Positions 9,263-18,029 of a stretch of 64,000 bases of DNA are shown in pieces (position 1 is the stretch's first letter; each line of letters begins with the position of its first letter). A model generated the notes under the pieces. It was not told where the DNA came from, made no database searches, and was given only the letters and a program-made list of their open reading frames with translations. The DNA comes from Eubacteriales bacterium (GTDB taxonomy: Bacteria; Bacillota; Clostridia; Oscillospirales; QAKW01). The stretch spans positions 80,494-144,493 of the forward strand of contig JAZQDN010000054.1 in the NCBI GenBank assembly GCA_045546815.1, written 5' to 3'. The translations under genes were made by a program, and so were the position numbers.

Positions 9263-10402
9263 ATGCAGAAATATATCGATACTGCCGTTGAGCAGTTTAA
9301 GACACTTATAACAGAACAGCTCGAAAGACAAAACAGAATGGAAAAGGACGCAGGCGCCAAGGATTTTACCAATATGGATAAAATCGTTATCGGTGTTTGC
9401 GGCGGCGACGGCATCGGCCCCATCATCTCGGAATCGGCAGTTAAGGTTATGAAACACCTTCTTGCTGACGAGATCGCGAGCGGCAAGGTTGAAATCCGCG
9501 TGATCGAGGGACTTACCGTTGAAAACAGACTTGCACAGGGCAAGGCTATCCCTGACGACGTGCTCGCAGAGCTCAAGGCCTGCGACGTTATACTCAAGGG
9601 ACCGACAACCACACCCCACGGCGGCACACTCGAGTCTGCAAACGTTACAATGCGCCGCGAGCTTGACCTCTATGCAAACGTGCGCCCTGTAAGCGTTCCC
9701 GAGCAGGACATCGACTGGGTATTCTACCGTGAAAATACCGAGGGTGAGTACGTTCTCGGTTCGCGCGGTGTTGAGATTCCCGGTAAGCTTGCAATGGACT
9801 TTAAGGTTACAACCGACTGCGGTACAAAGCGTATTGCACGTGCCGCTTTTGAGTATGCAAAAAATAACGGTAAGACCAACGTTGCCATCGTTACAAAGGC
9901 AAATATTATGAAAAAGACCGACGGTAAGTTCTCAGAGCTTTGCCACGAGGTTGCAAAGGATTATCCCGGTATTACTGCAGAGGACTGGTACATTGACATT
10001 ATGACCGCAAACCTTGTAAACGAGAACAACCGTTCACGTTTTCAGGTGTTTGTTCTTCCCAACCTCTACGGCGATATCATCACAGACGAGGCAGCACAGA
10101 TTCAGGGCGGCGTAGGCACTGCAGGAAGCGCCAACATCGGCGACAGATACGCAATGTTTGAGGCTATTCACGGCTCTGCTCCCCGTATGATCGAGCGCGG
10201 TGACGGTGCGTATGCAAACCCGTCGTCAATGCTTAAGGCGACCGAAATGCTCCTTCGCCATATCGCAATGGCAGACAAGGCTGACCGCCTTGCAAAAGCT
10301 ATGCGTATCTGCCTCGAGACCGAGAAAAAGTACGTTATCACAGGCCGTTCAACAGGCGCGTCTTGTGAGCAGTTCACACAATATATTATGGAAAATCTTT
10401 AA
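9263..10402 (+). CDS. icd: Isocitrate dehydrogenase (isocitrate/isopropylmalate dehydrogenase family)
   Basis: 379 aa. Motifs YRENTEGEY and NLYGDIITDEAAQIQGGVGTAGSANIG. Operon context with citrate synthase and aconitase. Confidence 0.8.
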   Translation: MQKYIDTAVEQFKTLITEQLERQNRMEKDAGAKDFTNMDKIVIGVCGGDGIGPIISESAVKVMKHLLADEIASGKVEIRVIEGLTVENRLAQGKAIPDDVLAELKACDVILKGPTTTPHGGTLESANVTMRRELDLYANVRPVSVPEQDIDWVFYRENTEGEYVLGSRGVEIPGKLAMDFKVTTDCGTKRIARAAFEYAKNNGKTNVAIVTKANIMKKTDGKFSELCHEVAKDYPGITAEDWYIDIMTANLVNENNRSRFQVFVLPNLYGDIITDEAAQIQGGVGTAGSANIGDRYAMFEAIHGSAPRMIERGDGAYANPSSMLKATEMLLRHIAMADKADRLAKAMRICLETEKKYVITGRSTGASCEQFTQYIMENL

Positions 10403-11118
10403 TGTTGAGGTTAGACGAGCTCAATATAAACGGATATAAGATATATCAGGACCCGTCGCAGTTTTGCTTTGGCGTTGACGCCGTGTTCCTCGCGGCAGAG
10501 GCACAGGTGAAAAAGACCGACCGCGTTATTGATATCTGCAGCGGCAGTGGGATTATCCCACTGCTGCTTTTAGCACGTGATGACGTTGAAAATGTGACGA
10601 TGGTCGAGTACTTTGACTATTTTTGTGGCCTTGCAAAAAAGAGCGCCGAGCTCAACGGCTGTGAAGATAGGCTCAATATTGTTAATGCTGATATCAAAGA
10701 GATTGAAAAGCACTTTAAAAAGAGCAGCTTTGATGTGCTGACCGTCAATCCGCCGTATGAAAAGAACGGACACGGTATTGACAGCCCCGACCCTATGAAA
10801 AACGCTGCGCGCCGTGAAACTCTTTGTGATATTCGCGATGTGTGCCGCGCCGCAAGCTATCTTCTCGAGACGGGCGGAAGGATGTATATGATACATCGCC
10901 CGTCACGTATTTGCGATATTTTGTGTGCAATGCGCGAGTTTAAAATTGAGCCGAGAACGTTAAAGCTTGTGCAGTCAAAGCAGGACAGCATACCCAATAT
11001 GGTGCTTATATCGGGCATAAAGGGCGCGCCGCCCTACCTTACGGTGCAAAAGAATATGATAATTTACAATGACGACGGTAGCTATACCGAAGAAAGCAGC
11101 AGGTTATACAATGCGTGA
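10402..11118 (+). CDS. SAM-dependent methyltransferase, tRNA1(Val) m6A37 methyltransferase-like (YfiC/YabB family)
   Basis: 238 aa. SAM motif VIDICSGSGIIPL and catalytic NPPY (TVNPPYE). TAATG overlap with icd. The B. subtilis yabB-yabC(rsmI) adjacency is reproduced here. Confidence 0.75.
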   Translation: MLRLDELNINGYKIYQDPSQFCFGVDAVFLAAEAQVKKTDRVIDICSGSGIIPLLLLARDDVENVTMVEYFDYFCGLAKKSAELNGCEDRLNIVNADIKEIEKHFKKSSFDVLTVNPPYEKNGHGIDSPDPMKNAARRETLCDIRDVCRAASYLLETGGRMYMIHRPSRICDILCAMREFKIEPRTLKLVQSKQDSIPNMVLISGIKGAPPYLTVQKNMIIYNDDGSYTEESSRLYNA

Positions 11119-11947
11119 GTTTGATTTTTACCTTGTCGGCACACCGATAGGCAACCTCGGCGATATATCGTCGCGTGCCGTCGAAATTTTGTCGGCAGTT
11201 GACTTTATCGCGGCGGAGGACACGAGAAATACGCTGAAATTATTAAATTATTTTAATATAAAAAAGCCGCTTATCAGCTATTTTGAGCATAACAAAAAGC
11301 GAAGGGGCGAGGAAATTATCGCACTTCTTAAAGAAGGTAAAAAAGGCGCGCTTGTGACCGATGCGGGTATGCCCGCAATATCCGACCCGGGTGAAGACCT
11401 GGTGCGTATGCTGTATGACGAGGGCTTTTCGGTGACGGCAGTGCCGGGACCCACCGCTTTTTCGACAGCGCTTGTGCTGTCGGGACTTGATACCTCGCGC
11501 TTTTCGTTTGAGGGATTTTTGTCGACCGCCAAAAAGAACAGGCGTGAGCACCTTGAGAGCCTCAAGGGCTATCGCAACACGCTTATTTTTTATGAAGGAC
11601 CTACCAAGGTCAAGGGCACACTTGCCGACCTTAAAGAAATACTCGGCGACAGACGGTGCGCGGTTGTGCGCGAGCTTACAAAGCTTTATGAGGAGGTGCT
11701 GCGCGGCACACTTTGCGATATGATAGCGCATTTTGAACAGACCGATCCAAAGGGCGAATTTGTTATTGTGGTAGAAGGCGTTAACGAGCAAAACCGTGAG
11801 GAGCAGTTCTGGGAAAAGCTATCGATACCCGACCACGTTGAGTATTATATCAACACGGGCAACGACAAAAAGACGGCTATCCGCCTGTGCGCAAACGACC
11901 GCGGTCTTCCCAAAAGCGAGGTCTATAACCTTGTTATGAAAAAGTAA
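11111..11947 (+). CDS. rsmI: 16S rRNA (cytidine1402-2'-O)-methyltransferase RsmI
   Basis: The track ORF starts at 11069, but the family-typical start MREFDFYLVGTPIGNLGDIS is the ATG at 11111. Tetrapyrrole-methylase fold motifs IAAEDTR and DAGMPAISDPG. Confidence 0.9.
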   Translation: MREFDFYLVGTPIGNLGDISSRAVEILSAVDFIAAEDTRNTLKLLNYFNIKKPLISYFEHNKKRRGEEIIALLKEGKKGALVTDAGMPAISDPGEDLVRMLYDEGFSVTAVPGPTAFSTALVLSGLDTSRFSFEGFLSTAKKNRREHLESLKGYRNTLIFYEGPTKVKGTLADLKEILGDRRCAVVRELTKLYEEVLRGTLCDMIAHFEQTDPKGEFVIVVEGVNEQNREEQFWEKLSIPDHVEYYINTGNDKKTAIRLCANDRGLPKSEVYNLVMKK

Positions 11948-11957
11948 AAAAACGAGG

Positions 11958-11988
11958 CTGTGTAGTTAAAAAACTACACAGTTTTTTT
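11958..11988 (+). terminator. Intrinsic terminator ending the 5279..11947 operon
   Basis: ctgtgtagtt-aaaa-aactacacag 10-bp stem followed by TTTTTTT. Confidence 0.8.
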
Positions 11989-12108
11989 GTTGCAACAAAA
12001 AAGTTTTTAGATTTGTCGAGTTTTTTCGAGGTTTTTTGAATTTTGCATCGTATATAATGTCAACAACTTACAAAATTCAAAATTATTTTACAAAGGGAGT
12101 GTGCTCAA

Positions 12109-12867
12109 ATGAACAACAAAATTAAAGCGGTCGCAATACAGCGGGCGGGCGACGGTATGCAGGCGGTTTGCGAGTTTTTGAAACAATACGGCTACGAAAT
12201 ATGCGGTATCGCCGATAAAACCGCCGACGCGGTGGAGCTTATAATCGAAAACGAGCCCGACGTCGTAATTGCCGACATATTTTTATCGGATATGGACAGC
12301 ATCGGCATAATTGACGTTTTAAAACACAGGGGCTATCTTTTACCTACCGTATTTGCGGCGGTGGCAACTCTTGCAGGCGGGCAGATAATCGAAAACGTGC
12401 TGTCGCGCGGCTTTGATATTTTTACAACAATACCGTTTGACAGCGAAATGCTCGACGGCCGCATCCGTCTAGAGCTTGACAGAAAATGCGGTAACGTGCG
12501 CAAGGACGACAAGTTTGACCTGCTTGATTATATCGCACGTCTTATGCACGAGGTGGGCGTGCCCGCGTCTATCCGCGGCTATGACTATATACGCGATTCG
12601 ATAATGATGGCGCTGTCTGACCGCGAGATACTGCGCTCCATCACAAAAGAGCTGTACCCGTCTATCGCCAAGACACATAAGACCACTCCCTCGCGCGTAG
12701 AGCGCGCCATCCGCCACGCAGTCGAGGTTGCGTGGGGCCGCGGTGACGTTGATGTGCTCAACGGCATTTTCGGCTACACCGTCAAGAGCACCAAGGGCAA
12801 GCCCACTAACGGCGAGTTTATATCGATGCTTGCAGAGCGGGTGCGCCTCGACCTTCGCGTTGGTTAA
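12109..12867 (+). CDS. spo0A: Spo0A-type response regulator (conserved Spo0A DNA-binding domain, atypical receiver)
   Basis: 252 aa. The C-terminal half, EVGVPASIRGYDYIRDSI...TPSRVERAIRHAVEVAWGRG...GKPTNGEFISMLAERVRL, is the Spo0A_C signature. GGGAG RBS. See the findings for the receiver anomalies. Confidence 0.85.
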   Translation: MNNKIKAVAIQRAGDGMQAVCEFLKQYGYEICGIADKTADAVELIIENEPDVVIADIFLSDMDSIGIIDVLKHRGYLLPTVFAAVATLAGGQIIENVLSRGFDIFTTIPFDSEMLDGRIRLELDRKCGNVRKDDKFDLLDYIARLMHEVGVPASIRGYDYIRDSIMMALSDREILRSITKELYPSIAKTHKTTPSRVERAIRHAVEVAWGRGDVDVLNGIFGYTVKSTKGKPTNGEFISMLAERVRLDLRVG

Positions 12868-12897
12868 ATTTAACTTGTAAACTTTTACAAAAAAATG

Positions 12898-12926
12898 TTG
12901 ACCGCAAACAAGCGTAATGTTATCAT
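12898..12926 (+). promoter_or_regulatory. Sigma-A-type promoter for the SLH amidase gene
   Basis: TTGACC (12898..12903), 17 nt, TATCAT (12921..12926), preceded by TGT (extended -10). Confidence 0.45.
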
Positions 12927-12956
12927 AAAACTATGATTTTACGGGAGTTTTCGGTG

Positions 12957-14483
12957 ATGAAAAAATTTTTAAAAATTATACCGGCAATCATATTGTCGGT
13001 ATTTTTGTTATCTACCTTCAGCGTTGCTTTTGCTGAAGAAATACCGTCTGATGACAAGGCGGTGACAGGTGTTCGGCTTGTTATTGACAAGCAAAAAAGG
13101 TTTGTAAAGCTTGGCGACAGCCCCGATTTTACAGACGCGAAGATATCACTTACCTACTATGACGGCAGCACAAAAACACTGGATTACGACGAAAAATATC
13201 TCAAAGACTTTAAGAAAGATACTCTCGGCAGATGCCTTGCGACCTTTGACGTGGACGGCAATGTGTTTACCGAGTACTTTATCGTTTCTGATGAGAGTAT
13301 TGACGTAAAGGCTTTTGAAGACGTTTATAAGGATTATTGGGGCTATCGGCAGATACAGCGCTGTGTTAACGCGGGTTTTTTTGTCGGTGTTTCCAAAACG
13401 CTGTTCGGCATTTCGGATAATATGACACGCGCGCAGTTTTGTCAGATGATTTATCAGATTTACCAAAATGACGAGTCGGTGATGAGCTGTCACAAGCAGG
13501 CGGAATTTACCGATGTTGCGTCGGATATGTGGTATTTTAAGGCGATTACCGCCTGCGCCGAGTCGGAAATCGTAAGCGGTATGGGTGACGGCACCTTCAG
13601 CCCCGACAGCCCGATAACAAGGCAGGATGTTGCGGTCATTATGATGCGTATTCTGCTTGGCACAACGGGTGCTGACACGGTCGATATCGAGCTTGCGCTC
13701 AAATATGCGCGCGAACAAAAGGGGATAAAAGCGGGCGACTTTGACCTCACTGCAGGCTATGCAAAAAAATATGTTGCGGCGGCACTCGGCGTCATATATT
13801 ACGGCGACAAAGAGGGCAATATCAACCCCACCCAAAACATTACGCGTACCGAGTGCGCGGCAATGATAAGCAATCTGTTTTTTGACGGGTATACCGACCC
13901 CGAAATAAAACGTGTTGTCTATCTGAGCCCCGAAAATATTGACAAAGAATATGCAATATATGACAGAAAAGACCCTGTGAAAAGTCAGTACACCGAAAGA
14001 ATACAGATGTATCTTGTGGCAGAGAAGGTGTCAAAAATTCTGACAGAGCTCGGGTATGAGGTGCATATCGCACCGAAAGAGCTGTCTATACGCGACGAGG
14101 ACAACAACCGTGCACTTGAAGCGCAAAAGCTTGGCGCAGACTGCTATGTCGCCCTTCATACAAACGCGGCAAACGGCACAAACTCAGGTAAGGTGCAGGG
14201 TACAACGGGTTATTATAACGGCAACAACAAGGGCTCAAAGGAGCTATCCGAATTTATCTATAAAGAGGTGGCGGCACTCACTCCGACAAAAGACCTCGGC
14301 AACCACGACGATATGAAGACATTAAAGCCGTTTGCAGAGGTACGCCTGCCCGTTATGGCAAACATTCTGCTCGAAATTGAGTTTCACGATTACGCACCGT
14401 ATGCCACGTGGATCGTTAACAACACCGACAATATTGCAAAGGCGATTGCCACGGGCATCGACAATTATCTTAAGACACTGTAA
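12957..14483 (+). CDS. SLH-domain cell-wall-anchored N-acetylmuramoyl-L-alanine amidase (Amidase_3)
   Basis: I prefer the start MKKFLKIIPAIILSVFLLSTFSVAFA (signal peptide), with GGGAG 9 nt upstream, over the track start at 12933. SLH repeats (FEDVYKDYWGY..., FTDVASDMWYF...) and a C-terminal amidase_3 region (CYVALHTNA...LLEIEFHD). Confidence 0.85.
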   Translation: MKKFLKIIPAIILSVFLLSTFSVAFAEEIPSDDKAVTGVRLVIDKQKRFVKLGDSPDFTDAKISLTYYDGSTKTLDYDEKYLKDFKKDTLGRCLATFDVDGNVFTEYFIVSDESIDVKAFEDVYKDYWGYRQIQRCVNAGFFVGVSKTLFGISDNMTRAQFCQMIYQIYQNDESVMSCHKQAEFTDVASDMWYFKAITACAESEIVSGMGDGTFSPDSPITRQDVAVIMMRILLGTTGADTVDIELALKYAREQKGIKAGDFDLTAGYAKKYVAAALGVIYYGDKEGNINPTQNITRTECAAMISNLFFDGYTDPEIKRVVYLSPENIDKEYAIYDRKDPVKSQYTERIQMYLVAEKVSKILTELGYEVHIAPKELSIRDEDNNRALEAQKLGADCYVALHTNAANGTNSGKVQGTTGYYNGNNKGSKELSEFIYKEVAALTPTKDLGNHDDMKTLKPFAEVRLPVMANILLEIEFHDYAPYATWIVNNTDNIAKAIATGIDNYLKTL

Positions 14484-14490
14484 AAATGCG

Positions 14491-14511
14491 GCGCAGGAAT
14501 TATTCCTGCGC
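14491..14511 (+). terminator. Hairpin after the amidase gene
   Basis: Palindrome gcgcagg-aattatt-cctgcgc followed by a T-rich tgttattgt. Confidence 0.55.
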
Positions 14512-14606
14512 TGTTATTGTCAACAAAAATCGGCTCGATATTTTATATAAAATAACCAAAAGTTTCTCAAGCACCCCAATTTATTATAAAAATCAAAACA
14601 AATTGA

Positions 14607-14635
14607 TTGACTTTTGACCGCTATTAAAATATAAT
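14607..14635 (+). promoter_or_regulatory. Strong sigma-A-type promoter of the large SLH protein gene
   Basis: TTGACT (14607..14612), exactly 17 nt, TATAAT (14630..14635), with AT-rich upstream DNA. Confidence 0.65.
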
Positions 14636-14696
14636 AAAAACGTATTAGTATAAATAGCTTTTATAAATTAGCTTTTTTATGGGAGGTTTTTAAATC

Positions 14697-17600
14697 ATGA
14701 CCAAGACTAAAAGGGTTCTGTCAGTGGTTATTGCTGTTATTATGGCAGTTACAATGCTTAGCGCATTTTCTGTCGCATCGGCACTTACCCCGCAGGAAAT
14801 TGCTCAGAAAGAATCAGCTGAGCTTAATAAATTTATCTACAACCCCTTTGATGCTATTGCTAACCCCGGTTATTCGGCTAACGTAACTGCTTCAAACCTC
14901 GTTTTTGTAGACGACGAGTGGGAGGATGTAGAGGCCGGTTCTTACGTATATCTCGAGTATACAATTGACGGCGGTAAAGAAGTTTACAGAGCTGTAAAGG
15001 GTCTTAACGCTTTCTCTTCACCCGTTGAAGCTGTAAGAGAGGTTGGCCGCGAAAAGCTCAACATCAAAGTTGGTGCGGGTACATACGACGACGCTTTCGG
15101 TGCAATGCCCAACAACTTTGCATACAACGGTCTTAAGTTCTACGGTAACTACGCAGGTACAAATCCGAATATGCCTGTTGTAGGCGACCCCTACACAATG
15201 GACACAAATCCCAACCGTAACTCAGCGCTCGAATCAACAATCGCAGCTACATGGGTTTGGGAGGCAGGCCGCTATAACATCACAATCGACGGCTTTACAA
15301 TCACAAAGTATCAGCAGATCTATGTTTCATCACAGTATGTTGGTGAGGTTTATATTCAGAACTGTATCTTTAACTCCAACTATGTTATGACATCAGGCGG
15401 CGGCTATTGTGATACATTCTACTTTACAAACAACCGCGTGTCAGGTGCAACAACCGTTTGCTTCACCTTCGGTGGTGCTAACAGTGACGTTCATATTGAA
15501 AACAACTATTTTGAGAACTGTACAGCAGGTGTTCTTTATGTAAACGCTGTTGGTAACAAGACAGGTGCTCCCGCGCTTGTATCTTTCTCGAAAAACCTTG
15601 TTAGAAACTGTAAAAACGCAGTAAGATTTGAGTATTCAAACGCTAACTACGGTATCAATATCGCATTCAACCAGATCGAAGACAACATCTTCGTTGGCTG
15701 CTCGGGTACATACGTTGTAGGTGTTTGGTTCTATGTTGACGCACTCAGCGGTACATCAATTGCGACGATCGTTGACCCGACAAGTAAGACCTACGTAAAC
15801 CGCAACACCTTTGCAAATCAACCCTCGGGCACACCGGCTATTAACTTTATCGGCCGTGAGAGCCTTCTTGGTAAGGATGTTAAGTTTGTAGTTTCTGCAA
15901 CCTATAACAAGTTCTTGTTCAAGGATCCCAAGGATGAAGACAACTGTGCGATCGACACCTCGGCACTTGGTGTAATTGACGCATCGTATAACTACTATAA
16001 TGTTACCGATGTAAACAATCTTTTCAAAGTTAACACAGAGCTTTCGTCAATGATCACGATGCCTTATTACAAGGACGAGGCACTTACAGAGCTCGTTGCT
16101 GCAGGCAGCGTTCAGTGGCAAAAACGTATAATCGGTGACTATTTCGATGACGATCCCGCAACATACGGCGTTGACGAAAAGAAGAGCCTCGTTTATGCAA
16201 AGGCACTTCCGGGTGCGCTCAGCATAGTTCTTGATGACAAGGTTCTCATCTCGGGCACATCAACTGTTCAGCTTTACTACGACTTTATGCTTACCCGTCC
16301 TGTAGAGGATAACATTCTTCCCATTACAGGCGACAGAACACTTGCTTATCTTGTAATTACAAACCCCACAACAGGTCAGTCATCAAAATTCGGCTTTACA
16401 GTAAATGCTGACACTGACAAGTCAAAGGCTGAATATCTCGGCTTGTACGATGCTCAGACAGATACACCTTACACTAACGTTACAACAAGTGACGGCAAAA
16501 CCTATACTGTAAATCTTGACGAGACAAAAATAAACTTCCCCTTCTATATTGTACCTTCACCTTCAGCAACTGTTGAGTACTTCACAGATGCAGCTTGTAA
16601 GACAGCTTACACTGACGATACATATTACATGGCTCCCGGTAAAAAGACTGTTATTTACGCAAAGGTTACATCAGCGGATAAGAAAAACGAAAACGTTTAC
16701 ACACTTGAGTTTGTAAGAAGCGGTGCAGCACTCGCTGACGCTGCTGTTGAAAGCGCAATAACACCCGAAGAAAACATCGTTATATTTAATAACGAAAGAA
16801 AAACAATCGTGTACCGCCCATTCGCAATGATTTCAAGTGTTGCATTTGATTTCAAGGTATCGACCGGTTCAACATATGCAATCTACAGTGACAAGGCTTG
16901 TACACAGCTTGTTTCAAAACAGGGTGACGTTAAAGAGGTTCCGATCGGCGACGGTATCGTTTACTACTATGTAAAGGTTACAAACACTGCAGGCTTTGAA
17001 ACAGTTTATACCCTCGTTACATATAACGACGTTAAATCAACTGACAACGAAATCAGAGGTATCGTAGGTATCACAGAAGGTATCTCAATTGAAGACAACG
17101 TTATCACAGTTGAGGCATCAACAACACTTGCACTTATCAACGCTCGCTTTGACACAAACGCTTTCGCAGACGTAGTTGTATACGCTGACGAAGCAAAAAC
17201 ATTTAAAGTAGAGCCCGCTATCACTTTTGAAGAAATCAATAACCGTGAGGTTGAGGTTCGTACATTCCAGCTCGGTATTTCACAGAAGGTTTCATACTTC
17301 TATGTAGACGTTACATCTGAAGTTGGTGAGAAAAACTCATACAAGGTTATCATTTACAAGAAGGCCGATTCAGTTAAGTTCTCTGATACAGACGGCCATT
17401 GGGCTAAAAAATACATCGAGGACGTTGCAAACCTCGGTCTTGTAAGCGGCTATTCAAGCAAGGGCGGCTTTGTATTCAAGGCTGACAACAACGCTTCGCG
17501 TCAGGAGGTTGCAGTTCTTCTTTGCAGAATGCTCGGTATCGAACAGCACGCATTCAGAAACGTTGCCCTTCCTTATGACGATTCAAGCGCAATTCCCGAG

Positions 17601-17939
17601 TGGTCATACAACTATGTAAAGGCTGCATATGCACTCAAGTTCATGGTTGGTGCAAACAACAAGTTTGACGGTACTGCAAACATCACCCGTCAGGAGTTCT
17701 TCCAGGCTATCGCAGGCGTTCTCAATCTTGACAAGGCAGCAGATGTTGACCTTAGCAAGTTCAAGGATTCAAAAGACGTAGCAGGTTGGGCTACCGCATC
17801 AACAAAGGCTTGTATCAAGGCAGGCATTGTTGAGGGCGCAAACGGCTACCTCAATCCTAAAAAGAACATCACACGTGCAGAGATTGCTACAATCCTCAGC
17901 AAGTGTACAACAGTTCGTAACGACGTAAGATACGAATAA
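14697..17939 (+). CDS. Large secreted cell-surface protein: parallel beta-helix repeats, beta-sandwich repeats and three C-terminal SLH domains (candidate S-layer protein)
   Basis: 1080 aa. Signal peptide ...AFSVASA/LTP. PbH1-like repeats (NCIFNSNY.., NNRVSG.., IENNYFENC.., KNLVRNCKN.., IEDNIFVGC). Repeated modules end YTLEFVRS, VYTLVTYN and SYKVIIYKK. SLH motifs FSDTDGHWAKKYIEDV.. occur at the C-terminus. GGGAGG RBS. Confidence 0.85.
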   Translation: MTKTKRVLSVVIAVIMAVTMLSAFSVASALTPQEIAQKESAELNKFIYNPFDAIANPGYSANVTASNLVFVDDEWEDVEAGSYVYLEYTIDGGKEVYRAVKGLNAFSSPVEAVREVGREKLNIKVGAGTYDDAFGAMPNNFAYNGLKFYGNYAGTNPNMPVVGDPYTMDTNPNRNSALESTIAATWVWEAGRYNITIDGFTITKYQQIYVSSQYVGEVYIQNCIFNSNYVMTSGGGYCDTFYFTNNRVSGATTVCFTFGGANSDVHIENNYFENCTAGVLYVNAVGNKTGAPALVSFSKNLVRNCKNAVRFEYSNANYGINIAFNQIEDNIFVGCSGTYVVGVWFYVDALSGTSIATIVDPTSKTYVNRNTFANQPSGTPAINFIGRESLLGKDVKFVVSATYNKFLFKDPKDEDNCAIDTSALGVIDASYNYYNVTDVNNLFKVNTELSSMITMPYYKDEALTELVAAGSVQWQKRIIGDYFDDDPATYGVDEKKSLVYAKALPGALSIVLDDKVLISGTSTVQLYYDFMLTRPVEDNILPITGDRTLAYLVITNPTTGQSSKFGFTVNADTDKSKAEYLGLYDAQTDTPYTNVTTSDGKTYTVNLDETKINFPFYIVPSPSATVEYFTDAACKTAYTDDTYYMAPGKKTVIYAKVTSADKKNENVYTLEFVRSGAALADAAVESAITPEENIVIFNNERKTIVYRPFAMISSVAFDFKVSTGSTYAIYSDKACTQLVSKQGDVKEVPIGDGIVYYYVKVTNTAGFETVYTLVTYNDVKSTDNEIRGIVGITEGISIEDNVITVEASTTLALINARFDTNAFADVVVYADEAKTFKVEPAITFEEINNREVEVRTFQLGISQKVSYFYVDVTSEVGEKNSYKVIIYKKADSVKFSDTDGHWAKKYIEDVANLGLVSGYSSKGGFVFKADNNASRQEVAVLLCRMLGIEQHAFRNVALPYDDSSAIPEWSYNYVKAAYALKFMVGANNKFDGTANITRQEFFQAIAGVLNLDKAADVDLSKFKDSKDVAGWATASTKACIKAGIVEGANGYLNPKKNITRAEIATILSKCTTVRNDVRYE

Positions 17940-17954
17940 TTAACAAATAAAAAA

Positions 17955-17982
17955 GTCAGGAACTTTCGTTCCTGACTTTTTT
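17955..17982. terminator. Bidirectional intrinsic terminator between convergent genes
   Basis: gtcaggaac-tttc-gttcctgac 9-bp stem flanked by AAAA and TTTTTT. Confidence 0.8.
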
Positions 17983-18029
17983 AATTTTACGGATCCTCAC
18001 AAAGCCATGGTTTTTGTGGGGATGTTGTT

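Noticed and set aside
12001-12108. SigH promoter or 0A-box autoregulation upstream of the spo0A-like gene (TGTCGAG at 12014..12020, GAAT at 12038..12041, TATAAT at 12053..12058)
   Set aside because: The 0A-like heptamer has a mismatch and occurs only once. The AGG-to-GAAT spacing does not fit the SigH consensus, and no acceptable -35 accompanies the TATAAT. The evidence is too weak to annotate.
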